Origin: an uncultured candidate division Zixibacteria bacterium
Lineage (GTDB): Bacteria > Zixibacteria > MSB-5A5 > RBG-16-43-9
Direction: 5' to 3'
NCBI GenBank assembly: GCA_963713865.1
Contig: OY970208.1
Coordinates: 2,304,001-2,368,000 of the forward strand
Length of the DNA: 64,000 nt
Position 1 is the stretch's first letter. The number at the start of each line of letters is the position of its first letter. The notes beneath the pieces are model-generated. The model searched no databases, was not told the DNA's origin, and saw nothing but the letters and a program-made list of their open reading frames with translations. A program made the position numbers and the translations under genes. Shown one piece after another: positions 47,687 to 58,539 of the stretch.

Positions 47687-49792
47687 TTAATCGGTTTTGG
47701 GGAATCTTATCTTATCCTCAGCCGGGGGAAGGTCTTTTGAGGGATGGAGGTTACAGTATTCCTTAGGTTCGGATTTATCTGTAAATAAATCTGTAGCAGT
47801 ATCTGGACATCTGCTTGTGGCTAAAAGCCCGCTTTTCAAACAAACAGTTCTTAAGAAAACCCCTTCAGGTTTTTGAAAACCCGAAGCTTCCATTTTTGAA
47901 GTGGCCGATTTCATAAATTCCGTCCAGATCGGTAAGGCTACTTCCGCCCCGGTTCCATGTTTACCTAAAGTGGTTTTATCATCAAAACCCACCCAGACTC
48001 CCACAGTTATCTGAGGAGTAAAACCGATAAACCAGGTATCCATATATTCGTCTGTTGTGCCGGTCTTACCTCCAGCCGGCCTGTCAAACCCCCACAGACG
48101 TGCAGCATATCCTGTGCCCTGGTCTATAACTGTCTGTAACATAGAGGTCATTACATAAGCAGTCTGAGGGTCTAAAACTTCCTGTTTTTTGACCTGAGTG
48201 TTTTTTTCTAAAATTTTTCCATACCTGTCTTTTATCTGGAGGAAAAATCTCGGCTCTACCCTTACACCCCCATTTGGGAAAACAGAGTAAGCATCAGTAA
48301 GCTCTAAAAGGGTTACCTCAGAGGTACCTAAAGCTATCGAAGGATAAGGGGCAAGGTAAGAGCTAATCCCTAATTGATGAGCATATTTAATCGCCTCTTC
48401 TGGAGTTATTTTCTGCACAAGTTTGACTGAGATGATATTTCTGGAGATTCTCAAACCTTCCCTGAGAGTCATTGGTCCCCTGAAAGTATTGTCGTAATTC
48501 TCCGGCCTCCATTCCGTTCCATCACCAGCCTGAAGAACAACCGGAGTATCATAGATTATATCCGTGGGATTATAACCGCTCTCTAATGCCGCGGTCCAGA
48601 CAAAAGGTTTGAAAGCTGAGCCTGGTTGTCTCAGAGCTTGAATTGCGCGATTGAACTCGCTTTTGGTGAAATCTTTCCCTCCAGCCATTGCCAGAATATT
48701 CCCATTCTGATTATCTAGTGCCACTAAAGCGACTTGCAATTCTTTAAACACTCTTCTCTTTCTAACCTTTCCATTCAGGGTATCGACTACAACTGTAGTG
48801 TAATCCTTATCTTTTAAAGTATGGCTGGATTCAAAGTTTTTCTGCAATAGGGCTAATTGAGATTTAACGATTTCATCTGTAGTTCTCTGCATATCTGAAT
48901 TCAGGGTAGTATAGACCAGGAGTCCCCCGCTGTAAAGGCTTTTCTCCCCATATTTATCTATGAGATATTGCCTGACCATTTCGCAGAAATAGGAGCCCAG
49001 ACCAACTTTTAGAGAGGAAGGTTTAAGATGTAGTGGAAGGACTTTTAAGCTGTCATATTCTGGCTCTCTCAACTTTCCATAATCGACCATCGCCTTCAGA
49101 ACTGAATTTCTTCGACCTAAAGCTAAATCTGGATACTTTAAAGGGGTATATCTATTGGGAGATGGCAAAACCCCGACTAAAAGGGCACATTCGGGTAAAT
49201 TTAAATTCTTGGCATCCTTGCTGAAAAAAACCTGCGCCGCGGCCTCAATACCGTAAGCCCCTTCTCCAAAATAGCACTGGTTAAGATACATTTCTAAGAT
49301 CTCATCCTTGGAATAGGTCCTCTCGATCTTTATAGCAGTTAAAGCCTCCTTGATCTTGCGGGTTAAAGTTCTCTCTGGGGTTAAGAAGAGTGTTCGGGAT
49401 AACTGTTGAGTAATGGTTGAAGCGCCCTGGATCTTCTTAAGGTGTAGAAGGGCAGTTGTCAGAGCACGGGCTGTTCCGGTAAGATCGATACCCCAGTGAG
49501 AATAGAATTTTCTATCTTCAGCCGCCAAAAGAGCATCTACTAAATAAGAGGGCATTTCTTTTAAGGGGATTAAAGTCCTTCTTTCTGTATAAAACTCTTT
49601 TATCAGTTTTCCATCAGCCGCATAGAGTTTGGTAGAGAGATTTGGCTCTATATTATGTAACTGAGCTAAAGAAGGGAGGTCTTTCTTATAGGTCTTATAG
49701 GTCTTAGTCAATAAAATGGTAAGTAACGTAAAAATTAATATAATAACCGCAAGCAATATATAAAATTTCTTTTTATCTTTTATCTTAAACAT
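47687..49792 (-). CDS. Class A penicillin-binding protein 1A
   Basis: EDRKFYSHWG, GASTITQQL, RKIKE; SAFK, SRN and KTG transpeptidase motifs. Confidence 0.95.
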   Translation of the reverse strand: MFKIKDKKKFYILLAVIILIFTLLTILLTKTYKTYKKDLPSLAQLHNIEPNLSTKLYAADGKLIKEFYTERRTLIPLKEMPSYLVDALLAAEDRKFYSHWGIDLTGTARALTTALLHLKKIQGASTITQQLSRTLFLTPERTLTRKIKEALTAIKIERTYSKDEILEMYLNQCYFGEGAYGIEAAAQVFFSKDAKNLNLPECALLVGVLPSPNRYTPLKYPDLALGRRNSVLKAMVDYGKLREPEYDSLKVLPLHLKPSSLKVGLGSYFCEMVRQYLIDKYGEKSLYSGGLLVYTTLNSDMQRTTDEIVKSQLALLQKNFESSHTLKDKDYTTVVVDTLNGKVRKRRVFKELQVALVALDNQNGNILAMAGGKDFTKSEFNRAIQALRQPGSAFKPFVWTAALESGYNPTDIIYDTPVVLQAGDGTEWRPENYDNTFRGPMTLREGLRISRNIISVKLVQKITPEEAIKYAHQLGISSYLAPYPSIALGTSEVTLLELTDAYSVFPNGGVRVEPRFFLQIKDRYGKILEKNTQVKKQEVLDPQTAYVMTSMLQTVIDQGTGYAARLWGFDRPAGGKTGTTDEYMDTWFIGFTPQITVGVWVGFDDKTTLGKHGTGAEVALPIWTEFMKSATSKMEASGFQKPEGVFLRTVCLKSGLLATSRCPDTATDLFTDKSEPKEYCNLHPSKDLPPAEDKIRFPKTD

Positions 49793-50102
49793 AGTTTCAA
49801 TTTATAATATTTATTCAAGTAGTGTCAAGGAAAATCCAGTTCAAAAAATTCAGGTAAATTTTTGTTAGTTGTCTGCTGGACGACTCTATCTTCGTTGGTG
49901 AGAGCACCAGCGAAGAGCAAAGGGCAAAACTATCCGCCTCTCTGGCTGGGGCAGGGCATTTGCCCTGCCCGACTTTTGAGCTCCACCAAAAGTGGATTTG
50001 GCTTGATTTTTGTCTAAAAATAATTATATATATAAACCAAATGGTTTTCCGATTTCGGATTCATAAGGACTAACTTTAATAACTACGTTAGCAGGAGGCC
50101 GG

Positions 50103-51317
50103 ATGTTAGGAGTAAAAGAGCAGTTAGAATTGATAAGCAGGGGTGCAGTTGAGATTATCCCGGAAGAGGAGCTTATCAAAAAACTGGAACGTTCCATCAA
50201 AGAGAATAAACCCCTCAGGATAAAAATGGGATTCGACCCTACTGCTCCGGACATTCATTTGGGACATACGGTAGGGATCAGGAAACTGAAACAGTTCCAG
50301 GAGCTGGATCATCAAATCGTGCTGATCATCGGGGATTACACCGGGATGGTAGGTGACCCCTCCGGACGTTCTGAGACCAGACCTCAGTTAAGTTATGATG
50401 AAGTTAAAACCAATGCTAAGACTTATCAAATCCAATTTTTTAAAATCCTGGATAAAAAGAAAACCGAAGTCCATTTTAACGGAGAATGGTTCTCTAAAAT
50501 GAGCTTTCAGGAAGTAATGAGTTTAGCTTCTAAATTTACTTTAGCCCGTATCCTGGAAAGGGACGATTTTGCGGAAAGGTATAAAGAGCAAAACCCCATT
50601 AGCCTGCATGAGCTTTTCTATCCGGTAATGCAGGGATACGATTCAGTAGCCATAAAAGCAGACCTGGAGATCGGAGCAACTGAGCAGAAATTTAATCTAT
50701 TAACTGCCCGGCAGATTCAGGAACAATTTGGTCAGGAGCCACAGATTATTTTAACTCTGCCAGTATTGCCTGGAATAGATGGAGTCCAGAGGATGAGCAA
50801 ATCGACCGGGAATTACATCGGGATTGATGAGCCAGCCAATGAAATCTTCGGCAAGATAATGTCTATCCCGGATGAATTAATCTATCTTTACTTTGAACTC
50901 TTAACCGATACTCCTGAAGACGAAATCAAAAAGATTAAGAAGGATTTAGAAAAAAAAGAAGTCAACCCGATGAGCTGGAAGAAAATATTGGGCTTTGAGA
51001 TTGTGAAATTGTATCATAATCAAAAGGAGGCAGAAAAAGCTCAGGCAGAATTTGAAAAAGTTTTCACAAAGAAGGAATTGCCAGAAAAAATCGAAGTTTT
51101 TCATCTAAAATCTGAAAAGCCAGAGATCTGGATTGTAAAATTATTAACCGAAACCAGGCTCTGTTCCTCTTCTTCCGAAGCCCGCAGATTGATCAAGCAG
51201 GGAGGGGTCTATATAGATAATCAAAGAGTAGAGGATGAAAATTTCCAGGTAAAAATCAAAGGAGAAAAACTATTAAGGGTAGGTAAAAGGAAATTTTTGA
51301 AAGTGTCAGGAGAATAA
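50103..51317 (+). CDS. tyrS: Tyrosine--tRNA ligase
   Basis: GFDPTAPDIHLGH, YPVMQGYD, RMSKS, C-terminal S4 domain. Confidence 0.97.
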   Translation: MLGVKEQLELISRGAVEIIPEEELIKKLERSIKENKPLRIKMGFDPTAPDIHLGHTVGIRKLKQFQELDHQIVLIIGDYTGMVGDPSGRSETRPQLSYDEVKTNAKTYQIQFFKILDKKKTEVHFNGEWFSKMSFQEVMSLASKFTLARILERDDFAERYKEQNPISLHELFYPVMQGYDSVAIKADLEIGATEQKFNLLTARQIQEQFGQEPQIILTLPVLPGIDGVQRMSKSTGNYIGIDEPANEIFGKIMSIPDELIYLYFELLTDTPEDEIKKIKKDLEKKEVNPMSWKKILGFEIVKLYHNQKEAEKAQAEFEKVFTKKELPEKIEVFHLKSEKPEIWIVKLLTETRLCSSSSEARRLIKQGGVYIDNQRVEDENFQVKIKGEKLLRVGKRKFLKVSGE

Positions 51318-51361
51318 GCTGAAGCTGTTCAAAACCGTAATGCCCGTAAGGCGTTTTAATT

Positions 51362-51440
51362 GACCCCACTCTATCCCTCCCCTATAGGGGAGGGTATTTC
51401 TATTCCCTCTCCTCAAAGGAGAGGGTCAGGATAAGGTTAT
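51362..51440. repeat. CCCTC(T/C)CC..GG(A/G)GAGGG inverted-pair element
   Basis: Same family as 17485-17540, 40992-41030 and 61549-61685. Confidence 0.65.
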
Positions 51441-51880
51441 CCTCACTCTCCTGCAACCGGTCTCACATTTACTATTTTTCCTTACAAAATATTTTTCCCC
51501 TTCACATCAAGTCCACCTGACAACCACCCGGAAGATATATTACAGTTTCTAAAATTTCACCTCTACTGAAAATCTACCGATAATATTTGGCTAAAAACTC
51601 CTGGAATTTTATTTTTTTCCTTGACAACAATTATTAAAGATTTTATTTTGAATTTTAATTGAGAGAAAAGGACTTTAATGGAATAAAGTAAAGAGAGGGA
51701 GAGTTTAAGATTTTCCTCGAGCTGTCCAACCAGGTAAAATTCTCCGACAAAAAAGAGTTCCCAATTCACCATTCATTCCTGGTCCGCTTTAAGCGGATCG
51801 GTCAAAGGAGGTGAGTATCAAGGGCAAGTAGGAAGGAGAACCAAAACAAAATCTAACCTTTTTAAAAAGGAGGAAATAAA

Positions 51881-54670
51881 ATGAAGAAAGGTATATTAAT
51901 GGTTTTGTTAATCCTTTTAGCCTTTACAGTCTGGTCAGTCTTAGCATTTGGTAAGGCGAAGAAAGAGGAAGTTTCTCCACAGCCGACCCAGATACAGAAA
52001 GCTGAGCCAGGACCGGAGGCATTTCCAGCGGTAGTATTACCGAAGGCAAAACCAACTAAGCCGACGATGGAGGATTTCCAGAAGCTGATGTTAGAAAAGA
52101 AGGGACTAACTCCGGAGATGCTGGAACAGATGAAGCCAAGTAATGTGCCGGTTCAGGATTTAGATGCAGCCGAAAAGGAGCTTTTCCCAACCCTTTGCAC
52201 CATAGGCAATCAGACAGCAGCTTGTTGCTATAGAAGCACTCCTGATAATACCTATTTAAGGTGCTGGGGTGAGGTAGGTACTGCTACCTTTTTAGACCCT
52301 GAAAATAACGGCTATGGTATGGCTGTATGCCCCTACCCGATCTATCCTTTTATGGCAAAGCAGGTGATGATGGCAATTTACACTAGTGATACCTGCACCG
52401 TCACTTTCCGGCCAGAGATCTGGAGCGTAGTCTATATAGACGGTTTACCTTATCCTAATGCTCCGATATTGGTGGGCACGCCAACTACGAAGCAACTTAT
52501 CGGTGGCTCGGACCAAACCTACCTGAGCTTAGGAGACTCGATCTGTCTTTATGAGCCCTGGTTTGCGGTGATGGCTTATGTGAATACAGATGACCGTTAT
52601 GATGCGACATTTTGTCCAAGTGGAAACACTATACCCGATTATCAATCCTGGATATACGATATCTCAGGCAGATCGGGACAGAGCTACTGGACATCCCAGT
52701 ATTATCCTGGCTCCTGGTTTGACGTAGTGCAATACGGGATATGTTCTGGAGCGATAAGGGTCAGGACTCGGGGTTATACCAGGCCTGAGAACACCTGTGT
52801 GCCTCCACCGGATTACTGGTATTACAAGGATGGTATGCCTGATTTCTATCAATATCAGGGTGTCTTTCCCAATAATGGGATGGCATATTGCGGCCCAGTC
52901 GCAGGTGCTAACTCAATCTGGTGGTTTGGCTGTATTGATAGTCTATTTGAACCTTGGTGGGGTGGTTGTGATCCAGGGAATGAGATTCCGCTGATCAATG
53001 AAGTAGCAGACTCGGCTGGCACAGACCCGGTTCTTGGGACTAACTGCGATGCCTTAGAGGCGGCTCTAATTGATATAATCAAAGCTCATGGCGGCTGGTG
53101 GTTCACAGAGACCACAGTCTATGCACCTAATTTCTGGTATCTACAAAAACAGCTGAGAGCCAGTCAGGATGTGCTTCTGCTCTTAGGGTTCTGGCAGACA
53201 GCGGATGGAGGAACTACCTGGACCAGGTTTGGTGGACATTTTGTCACCTTAGCTGGAGTTGATTGGATGAATTACGCTTTTGCCTTCAGCGACCCGGCTA
53301 CTACTCCCGAAGGTTATGACAAGTATTCTGTAGCCTGGCCTTCAACCAGTCCGGGTGGAGTCGTCTGGATTCCGGATTATTACTTATCCTGGCCAGATTT
53401 CCAGGGCCAGAATGCCGGACCTTTACCCAATAATGGAACTTATAATCCATCACTACCAGTTCAGGTAGAGGTGGAGCAAGCGATAGTGGTTTGTCCTGGT
53501 CTGAGGGAGATGACAGGAGAGGTTGATGGAAGCAGTTCAGCGGAGATCAACAACAACCATGGTGGAATCGAAGCATTCTACGTTGACTTTGGGGCCGGAT
53601 TCCAAAATGGTCTCTATTATGGGACATTTATTGCTGGCACCTCACAGGCAGATTTGAGCTGTGACTATGGAGATTATAGACCACTGATGACTTTTGATCC
53701 GTTAGAACCTCCAGTTCTGGACAGCTTCGTGGTAACTGGTTCTGCTGGTGATTACAAAGTTTATCAGCTTACCAACCAATTTGCTCATCGGTACATCGAT
53801 GGACTGACTCTTACCGAGTATGCCTTTGGAGTCTGGGTACCAGTTGGTGGCACTGAGGACTGTGAGTATGCCATAGAGGATGTATTAGTTCTGCAAAACA
53901 CCAGCGCCACTGATATAGTTGGCTTGCAGACTGGTATGTGGTGTGATTTTGATATATCTTCAGGTGGAACTGGCGATTTAGCTGGTTTTGACCAACAGCA
54001 TAACTCGGTATGGATGTATGACACTGCCGTTCCGAATGCAGTCTTCGGATTTACCAAGAAGCCGCAGATAGTAGGTGATGTTCCCATAACCGGTTACGGT
54101 TTCAGCCAGGCAGCCAGGGTCTATGATGGCCAGTATGTTGATTCTCTGAAATACTGGATGGATAACTTGGGCTGGGGTATGGATGATCCAACTATAGCTG
54201 AGGATAAGTCTGTCATCATAGCTGACGGCAGCTTTGACTTACCGGCTGGTGCGATTCGCGTGGAGAAGTGGCTGAAGTGGGGTTATGGTGATTCGATTCT
54301 GGCAGGCGGAGACCAGAACTGGAGACGCTTCCTGTATGACATATTGCATCAGGAAGGATATTTCCGAGGGGATGTAAATGGAGATAAGAAATTGAGCCTG
54401 GGAGATATCGTCTATCTGATCAACTATGCTTTCAAAACGGGACCTCAGCCTTATGAGTTCATAGATCAGGGTGATGTCAACAATGACGATAATGTAGACC
54501 TTGCAGACATAATCTATTTAATTAACTACATTTTCAAACAGGGACCAGCCCCCATCGACAAGAACCGCTTCTTAATAGAATCACCTTATGTAGATTCGAC
54601 TCATAAAGCCTTAGGTATAAGAGATCCTGGACTATTTGGTGAGCCTGCCTGGATGACCCTCGGTAAATAA
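51881..54670 (+). CDS. Secreted protein with papain/C39-like domain and one dockerin domain (paralog 2)
   Basis: Colinear with 43977-46955 over most of its length; YCGPVAGANSIWW, GGHFVTLAG; GDVNGDKK../GDVNNDDN.. repeats. Confidence 0.8.
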   Translation: MKKGILMVLLILLAFTVWSVLAFGKAKKEEVSPQPTQIQKAEPGPEAFPAVVLPKAKPTKPTMEDFQKLMLEKKGLTPEMLEQMKPSNVPVQDLDAAEKELFPTLCTIGNQTAACCYRSTPDNTYLRCWGEVGTATFLDPENNGYGMAVCPYPIYPFMAKQVMMAIYTSDTCTVTFRPEIWSVVYIDGLPYPNAPILVGTPTTKQLIGGSDQTYLSLGDSICLYEPWFAVMAYVNTDDRYDATFCPSGNTIPDYQSWIYDISGRSGQSYWTSQYYPGSWFDVVQYGICSGAIRVRTRGYTRPENTCVPPPDYWYYKDGMPDFYQYQGVFPNNGMAYCGPVAGANSIWWFGCIDSLFEPWWGGCDPGNEIPLINEVADSAGTDPVLGTNCDALEAALIDIIKAHGGWWFTETTVYAPNFWYLQKQLRASQDVLLLLGFWQTADGGTTWTRFGGHFVTLAGVDWMNYAFAFSDPATTPEGYDKYSVAWPSTSPGGVVWIPDYYLSWPDFQGQNAGPLPNNGTYNPSLPVQVEVEQAIVVCPGLREMTGEVDGSSSAEINNNHGGIEAFYVDFGAGFQNGLYYGTFIAGTSQADLSCDYGDYRPLMTFDPLEPPVLDSFVVTGSAGDYKVYQLTNQFAHRYIDGLTLTEYAFGVWVPVGGTEDCEYAIEDVLVLQNTSATDIVGLQTGMWCDFDISSGGTGDLAGFDQQHNSVWMYDTAVPNAVFGFTKKPQIVGDVPITGYGFSQAARVYDGQYVDSLKYWMDNLGWGMDDPTIAEDKSVIIADGSFDLPAGAIRVEKWLKWGYGDSILAGGDQNWRRFLYDILHQEGYFRGDVNGDKKLSLGDIVYLINYAFKTGPQPYEFIDQGDVNNDDNVDLADIIYLINYIFKQGPAPIDKNRFLIESPYVDSTHKALGIRDPGLFGEPAWMTLGK

Positions 54671-54693
54671 CTGAACCTGAGATAGTAATAATT

Positions 54694-54732
54694 AAATCCC
54701 TCTCTCGTAAAAAACGGGAGAGGGATTTTTTT
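54694..54732. terminator. Intrinsic terminator between convergent genes
   Basis: AAATCCCTCTCTCG-loop-CGGGAGAGGGATTTTTTT. Confidence 0.85.
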
Positions 54733-54751
54733 GTTACCTGCAGGAAAAATA

Positions 54752-56086
54752 TTAAACCAAATTTAATCCCCTTTCCCCTCTTTCGTCCATCACACAAAGA
54801 ATTTTCTTCAACTTTTTTGCTTTCGTCTTGGCAATCTTATATCCATTTTTAATTCTATCCTCTGCCCTCCTGCCCTTCTCATAATCATTGGTTAAAATCT
54901 TTGCCATCTCTTCGCCCTTTTCCACCCTATCACCAGTTTTCTTCTTCAGGAGAATCCCCACATCTAAATCCACAGGAGAGTCAAGCTTTACCCTGCCTGC
55001 GCCAAGCTCCACTGATGCTAATCCGACTTCTTTGGCATCTATGAAATTTATGTAACCATTTTTATCAGACTTAACTTCTATCTGATAATTGGTCTTGGGG
55101 AAAAAAGAATAATCATCCACAAATTTAGGATCTCCTCCCTGCTTTGACACCATCTGTTTAAATTTATTCAACCCCTCACCATTATTGATCTTTTCTAAAA
55201 GAAGCTCCCTGCCTTTATGAAAATTACTGGCTTTACCACCCAGGATAAGCATGTAAGAACCCAGTGCTAAAGTTACCTCTAAAAGATCATCTGGCCCTCT
55301 TCCTTTTAAAGTCTCGACTGTTTCAATAACTTCCAGGGAATTGCCCACGGCTTTTCCCAGAGGTTCGTTCATATCGGTGATCAAGGCTACACCTTTTCTA
55401 CCAGCCTTTTTACTAATCCGAATCAAATTATAAGCTAAGGCTTTTGCATCTTCTTTTGATTCCATAAAAGCACCTTTCCCGCATTTCACGTCAAAGACAA
55501 TTGCATCCGTACCAGAGGCTAATTTCTTGCTCAAGATACTGGCGGTGATTAGCGGGATAGAATTGACCGTACCGGTAACATCCCTTAATGCATAGATTTT
55601 ACCATCCGCTGGTGCTATATTTTTTGTCTGTCCCATAATGGCAACTTGAATTTCTTTTAAACTCTCGATAAATTCATCTACCGATAGATCTGTTCTGAAA
55701 CCAGGTATAGATTCTAACTTGTCCAGAGTACCACCAGTATGGCCCAACCCTCTACCTGAGACCATTGGCACTACTACACCGCAGGAAGCAACTAATGGAG
55801 CCAGGATTAATGAGATTTTATCACCTACCCCACCAGTGCTGTGTTTGTCAACTTTTGTGCCGGGGATAAATCCCAAATCCAGGATTTTCCCTGAGTTCAT
55901 CATAATCCAGGTAAGATTTTCGGTCTCCTCTAAATCAAAGCCCCGGATAAAGACCGCCATTAGAAAAGCAGACATCTGGTAATCCTGAATTCCTTCTGAA
56001 AGATAACCTGAGACAATAAACTCTATCTCCTGGCGGCTTAATCTTCCTCCATCTCTTTTCTTGGCTATTATTTCTGCGGTTTTCAT
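54752..56086 (-). CDS. pdp: Pyrimidine-nucleoside/thymidine phosphorylase
   Basis: DKHSTGGVGDK, SGRGLGHTGGTLDKLESIPG, IYALRDVT, SILSKK. Confidence 0.93.
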   Translation of the reverse strand: MKTAEIIAKKRDGGRLSRQEIEFIVSGYLSEGIQDYQMSAFLMAVFIRGFDLEETENLTWIMMNSGKILDLGFIPGTKVDKHSTGGVGDKISLILAPLVASCGVVVPMVSGRGLGHTGGTLDKLESIPGFRTDLSVDEFIESLKEIQVAIMGQTKNIAPADGKIYALRDVTGTVNSIPLITASILSKKLASGTDAIVFDVKCGKGAFMESKEDAKALAYNLIRISKKAGRKGVALITDMNEPLGKAVGNSLEVIETVETLKGRGPDDLLEVTLALGSYMLILGGKASNFHKGRELLLEKINNGEGLNKFKQMVSKQGGDPKFVDDYSFFPKTNYQIEVKSDKNGYINFIDAKEVGLASVELGAGRVKLDSPVDLDVGILLKKKTGDRVEKGEEMAKILTNDYEKGRRAEDRIKNGYKIAKTKAKKLKKILCVMDERGERGLNLV

Positions 56087-56132
56087 AAAATCCCCTCTTC
56101 CGCTTTATTCAGCTTTATGTTTTTATTTACTC

Positions 56133-56813
56133 TTAGACTATTCTTAAATACTCTTCTATTATTTTCACTCCTGCAGAAGTGCCGATTCTATTCGCACCTG
56201 CTTGAATTAATTCTAAGGTTTTTTTACAATCTCTGATACCACCTGAAGCTTTAACTCCAAAATTCTCACCTACAGCTTTTCTTAACAAAGTAACATCCTC
56301 AACTGTTGCTTCACCTGGACCAAAACCAGTTGAGGTCTTAACGAAATGAGCTCCGCTTTCTTTCACTATCTTAGCTCCGATGATTTTCTCCTCTGAGGTT
56401 AAAAGAGAAGTTTCCAGAATAACTTTCAATATCTTACCTCTTCCCATGGCTTTCAAAATCAACTTTATCTCTTTTTCTATCGAACTATGATCGCCAGATT
56501 TCAAAGCACCTACATTTATAACCATATCGATCTCCGAGGCACCATCTCTGCAACCTGATTCTGCCTCTTTTACCTTTAATTCAGGTTTATTTGCCCCTAA
56601 AGGGAACCCGGATACTGAACAGACCTTTACTTTTGAACCTTTAAGTTCTTCAGATACTAACTTAACATAACAGGGATTCACGCAGATTGTGGCAAATCCA
56701 TATTTTATACCTTCACCACAGAGTCTTCTTATATCATCAGGTTTTGCCTCTGGTTTCAAAAGAGTATGGTCTATCATCCGGGCTAAATCGATTTTGGCTG
56801 TATTTTTCAACAT
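56133..56813 (-). CDS. deoC: Deoxyribose-phosphate aldolase
   Basis: IDHTLLKP, GFPLG, EIDMV, FVKTSTGF, VKASGGIR. Confidence 0.96.
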   Translation of the reverse strand: MLKNTAKIDLARMIDHTLLKPEAKPDDIRRLCGEGIKYGFATICVNPCYVKLVSEELKGSKVKVCSVSGFPLGANKPELKVKEAESGCRDGASEIDMVINVGALKSGDHSSIEKEIKLILKAMGRGKILKVILETSLLTSEEKIIGAKIVKESGAHFVKTSTGFGPGEATVEDVTLLRKAVGENFGVKASGGIRDCKKTLELIQAGANRIGTSAGVKIIEEYLRIV

Positions 56814-56942
56814 TGAATCCCCATTTATTTTTTCATATCAAGAAACCAGCGCAGGGACGTCCAATTGAACGGCCTATCGAATGTGGATGGAGTCCCTAAA
56901 ATCTGGGTTTCGCAAAGCTCAACCAGCTCCACCCCTACGCCA

Positions 56943-57368
56943 TTAGTTCACCTTTCTTTTTCTTTTTTCATATTTAAAAGGATAAGGTAACAACTTCTTA
57001 AGAGAATATTTTTGGGTTCTCCCTTTCATATTTGAGCAGATAACCTTCAGGTCCGGGGAGAATTCAAACAATGCCTGCCTGCACAAACCACAAGGGGTAA
57101 TCGGTTTTTCAGCTGAGGCTACAATCGCGATCTTAATAAAATCCTTTTCTCCAGAGCTTAAAGCTTTATAAAGAGCTACTCTTTCTGCACAAACTGTTAT
57201 TCCAAAAGAAGAATTCTCCAGATTAGCTCCGGTGAACACTTTTCCATCTCTGGATAATAGCGCTGCTCCCACTTCGAAATTCGAGTAGGGAGCATAAGCA
57301 GATTTTATGGCTTTTTTAGCTTCCAAGATGAGATTTTTATCCTCTGCTCCGGCTCTGTTATTTGACAT
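56943..57368 (-). CDS. cdd: Cytidine deaminase (tetrameric type)
   Basis: [24 protein letters not shown]; start trimmed to ATG 57368. Confidence 0.95.
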   Translation of the reverse strand: MSNNRAGAEDKNLILEAKKAIKSAYAPYSNFEVGAALLSRDGKVFTGANLENSSFGITVCAERVALYKALSSGEKDFIKIAIVASAEKPITPCGLCRQALFEFSPDLKVICSNMKGRTQKYSLKKLLPYPFKYEKRKRKVN

Positions 57369-58539
57369 AAATCTTCCTCCAGAAACTCTCACCTTTCCCA
57401 GTATCTGGCACTTTAAATATCTCTGCCAGTGTTGCTGCAACATCAGAGAAACTTTTTCTGACTTCTAAATCTATCCCTTTTTTTATTTTTTCACCATAGA
57501 CTAAAACAGGAACATACTCTCTGGAATGGTCAGTGCTGGGAGTAGTGGGGTCACATCCATGATCTGCAGTTATGATAAGTAAATCCTCTGGTTTAAGTAA
57601 ATTTAACACCTCTTTTAATCTTTTATCAAAATCTTCTAACCCTGTAGCAAAACCCTTAAAATCATTTCTGTGTCCCCAGAGCATATCGAAATCAATAAGA
57701 TTGATAAAGATCAAACCTTCTTTTTCCTCTATCATCACTTTAATTAGATTATCCATCCCCTCCGTATTATCTTTAGTATGAATAGACTTGGTTAAACCTT
57801 TTCCAGCGAAAAGGTCCTCAATTTTCCCTATACCTATTACTTCTATCTTCTTTTCCTTAAGAATATCCAGAATCGTCTTCTCTGGTGGAGGCAGAGAAAA
57901 ATCTTTTCTTCTTGCTGTCCTATCAAAAGACCCAGGTTCCCCCTTAAACGGTTTGGCAATAACCCTGGCAACTCCATCTTCACCGGTGAGGATTTCTCTG
58001 GCTATAAGACAAAATCTATATAATCTATTCACCGGGATTTTATCCTCATGTGCTGCAATCTGGAAAACACTATCGGCTGAGGTATAAACGATAGGTTTGC
58101 CGGTTCTGAGATGTTCTTCACCTAATTCTTTTATTATCTCAGTACCGGAGGCTGCTTTATTACCTAAAACTTCTATGCCGATTGCCTTTTTAAATTTATG
58201 AATTATTTTTTCCGGAAAACCATTTGGGTAGACCGGGAAAGGTTTTTTTAAAATCACCCCCGCTATTTCCCAGTGACCGGTGGTGCTATCTTTTCCAGGT
58301 GATAACTCTCCCATTTTTCCATAGCAGGCTAAAGGAGATTTTTGAGGTAAAACCCCTATAATTGGTTCTATATTTCCCAGACCTAACTTTTCTAAATTAG
58401 GGAGATCCAATCCGCCTACTTTTTTTGCAGTATTCCCTAAGGTATTTGAGCCTCGGTCATTATATTTAAAAGCATCTGGAAGTTCGCCCATCCCGCAGGA
58501 ATCAAGCACAATCAGAATTACCCTTTTTCCTTCCTTCAT
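57358..58539 (-). CDS. deoB: Phosphopentomutase
   Basis: [51 protein letters not shown]. Confidence 0.96.
   Translation of the reverse strand: MKEGKRVILIVLDSCGMGELPDAFKYNDRGSNTLGNTAKKVGGLDLPNLEKLGLGNIEPIIGVLPQKSPLACYGKMGELSPGKDSTTGHWEIAGVILKKPFPVYPNGFPEKIIHKFKKAIGIEVLGNKAASGTEIIKELGEEHLRTGKPIVYTSADSVFQIAAHEDKIPVNRLYRFCLIAREILTGEDGVARVIAKPFKGEPGSFDRTARRKDFSLPPPEKTILDILKEKKIEVIGIGKIEDLFAGKGLTKSIHTKDNTEGMDNLIKVMIEEKEGLIFINLIDFDMLWGHRNDFKGFATGLEDFDKRLKEVLNLLKPEDLLIITADHGCDPTTPSTDHSREYVPVLVYGEKIKKGIDLEVRKSFSDVAATLAEIFKVPDTGKGESFWRKIYVK

Noticed and set aside
49915-49975. c-di-GMP-I riboswitch suggested by GGGCAAAAC
   Set aside because: The following GAAA tetraloop and GACGCAAAG elements are absent
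49990-50102. T-box leader before tyrS
   Set aside because: No T-box consensus (GGTGGNACCGCG) and the leader is too short
43977-54670. DGR template/variable repeat relationship between the dockerin paralogs
   Set aside because: Differences are not confined to adenines, both copies are full genes, and no RT is nearby
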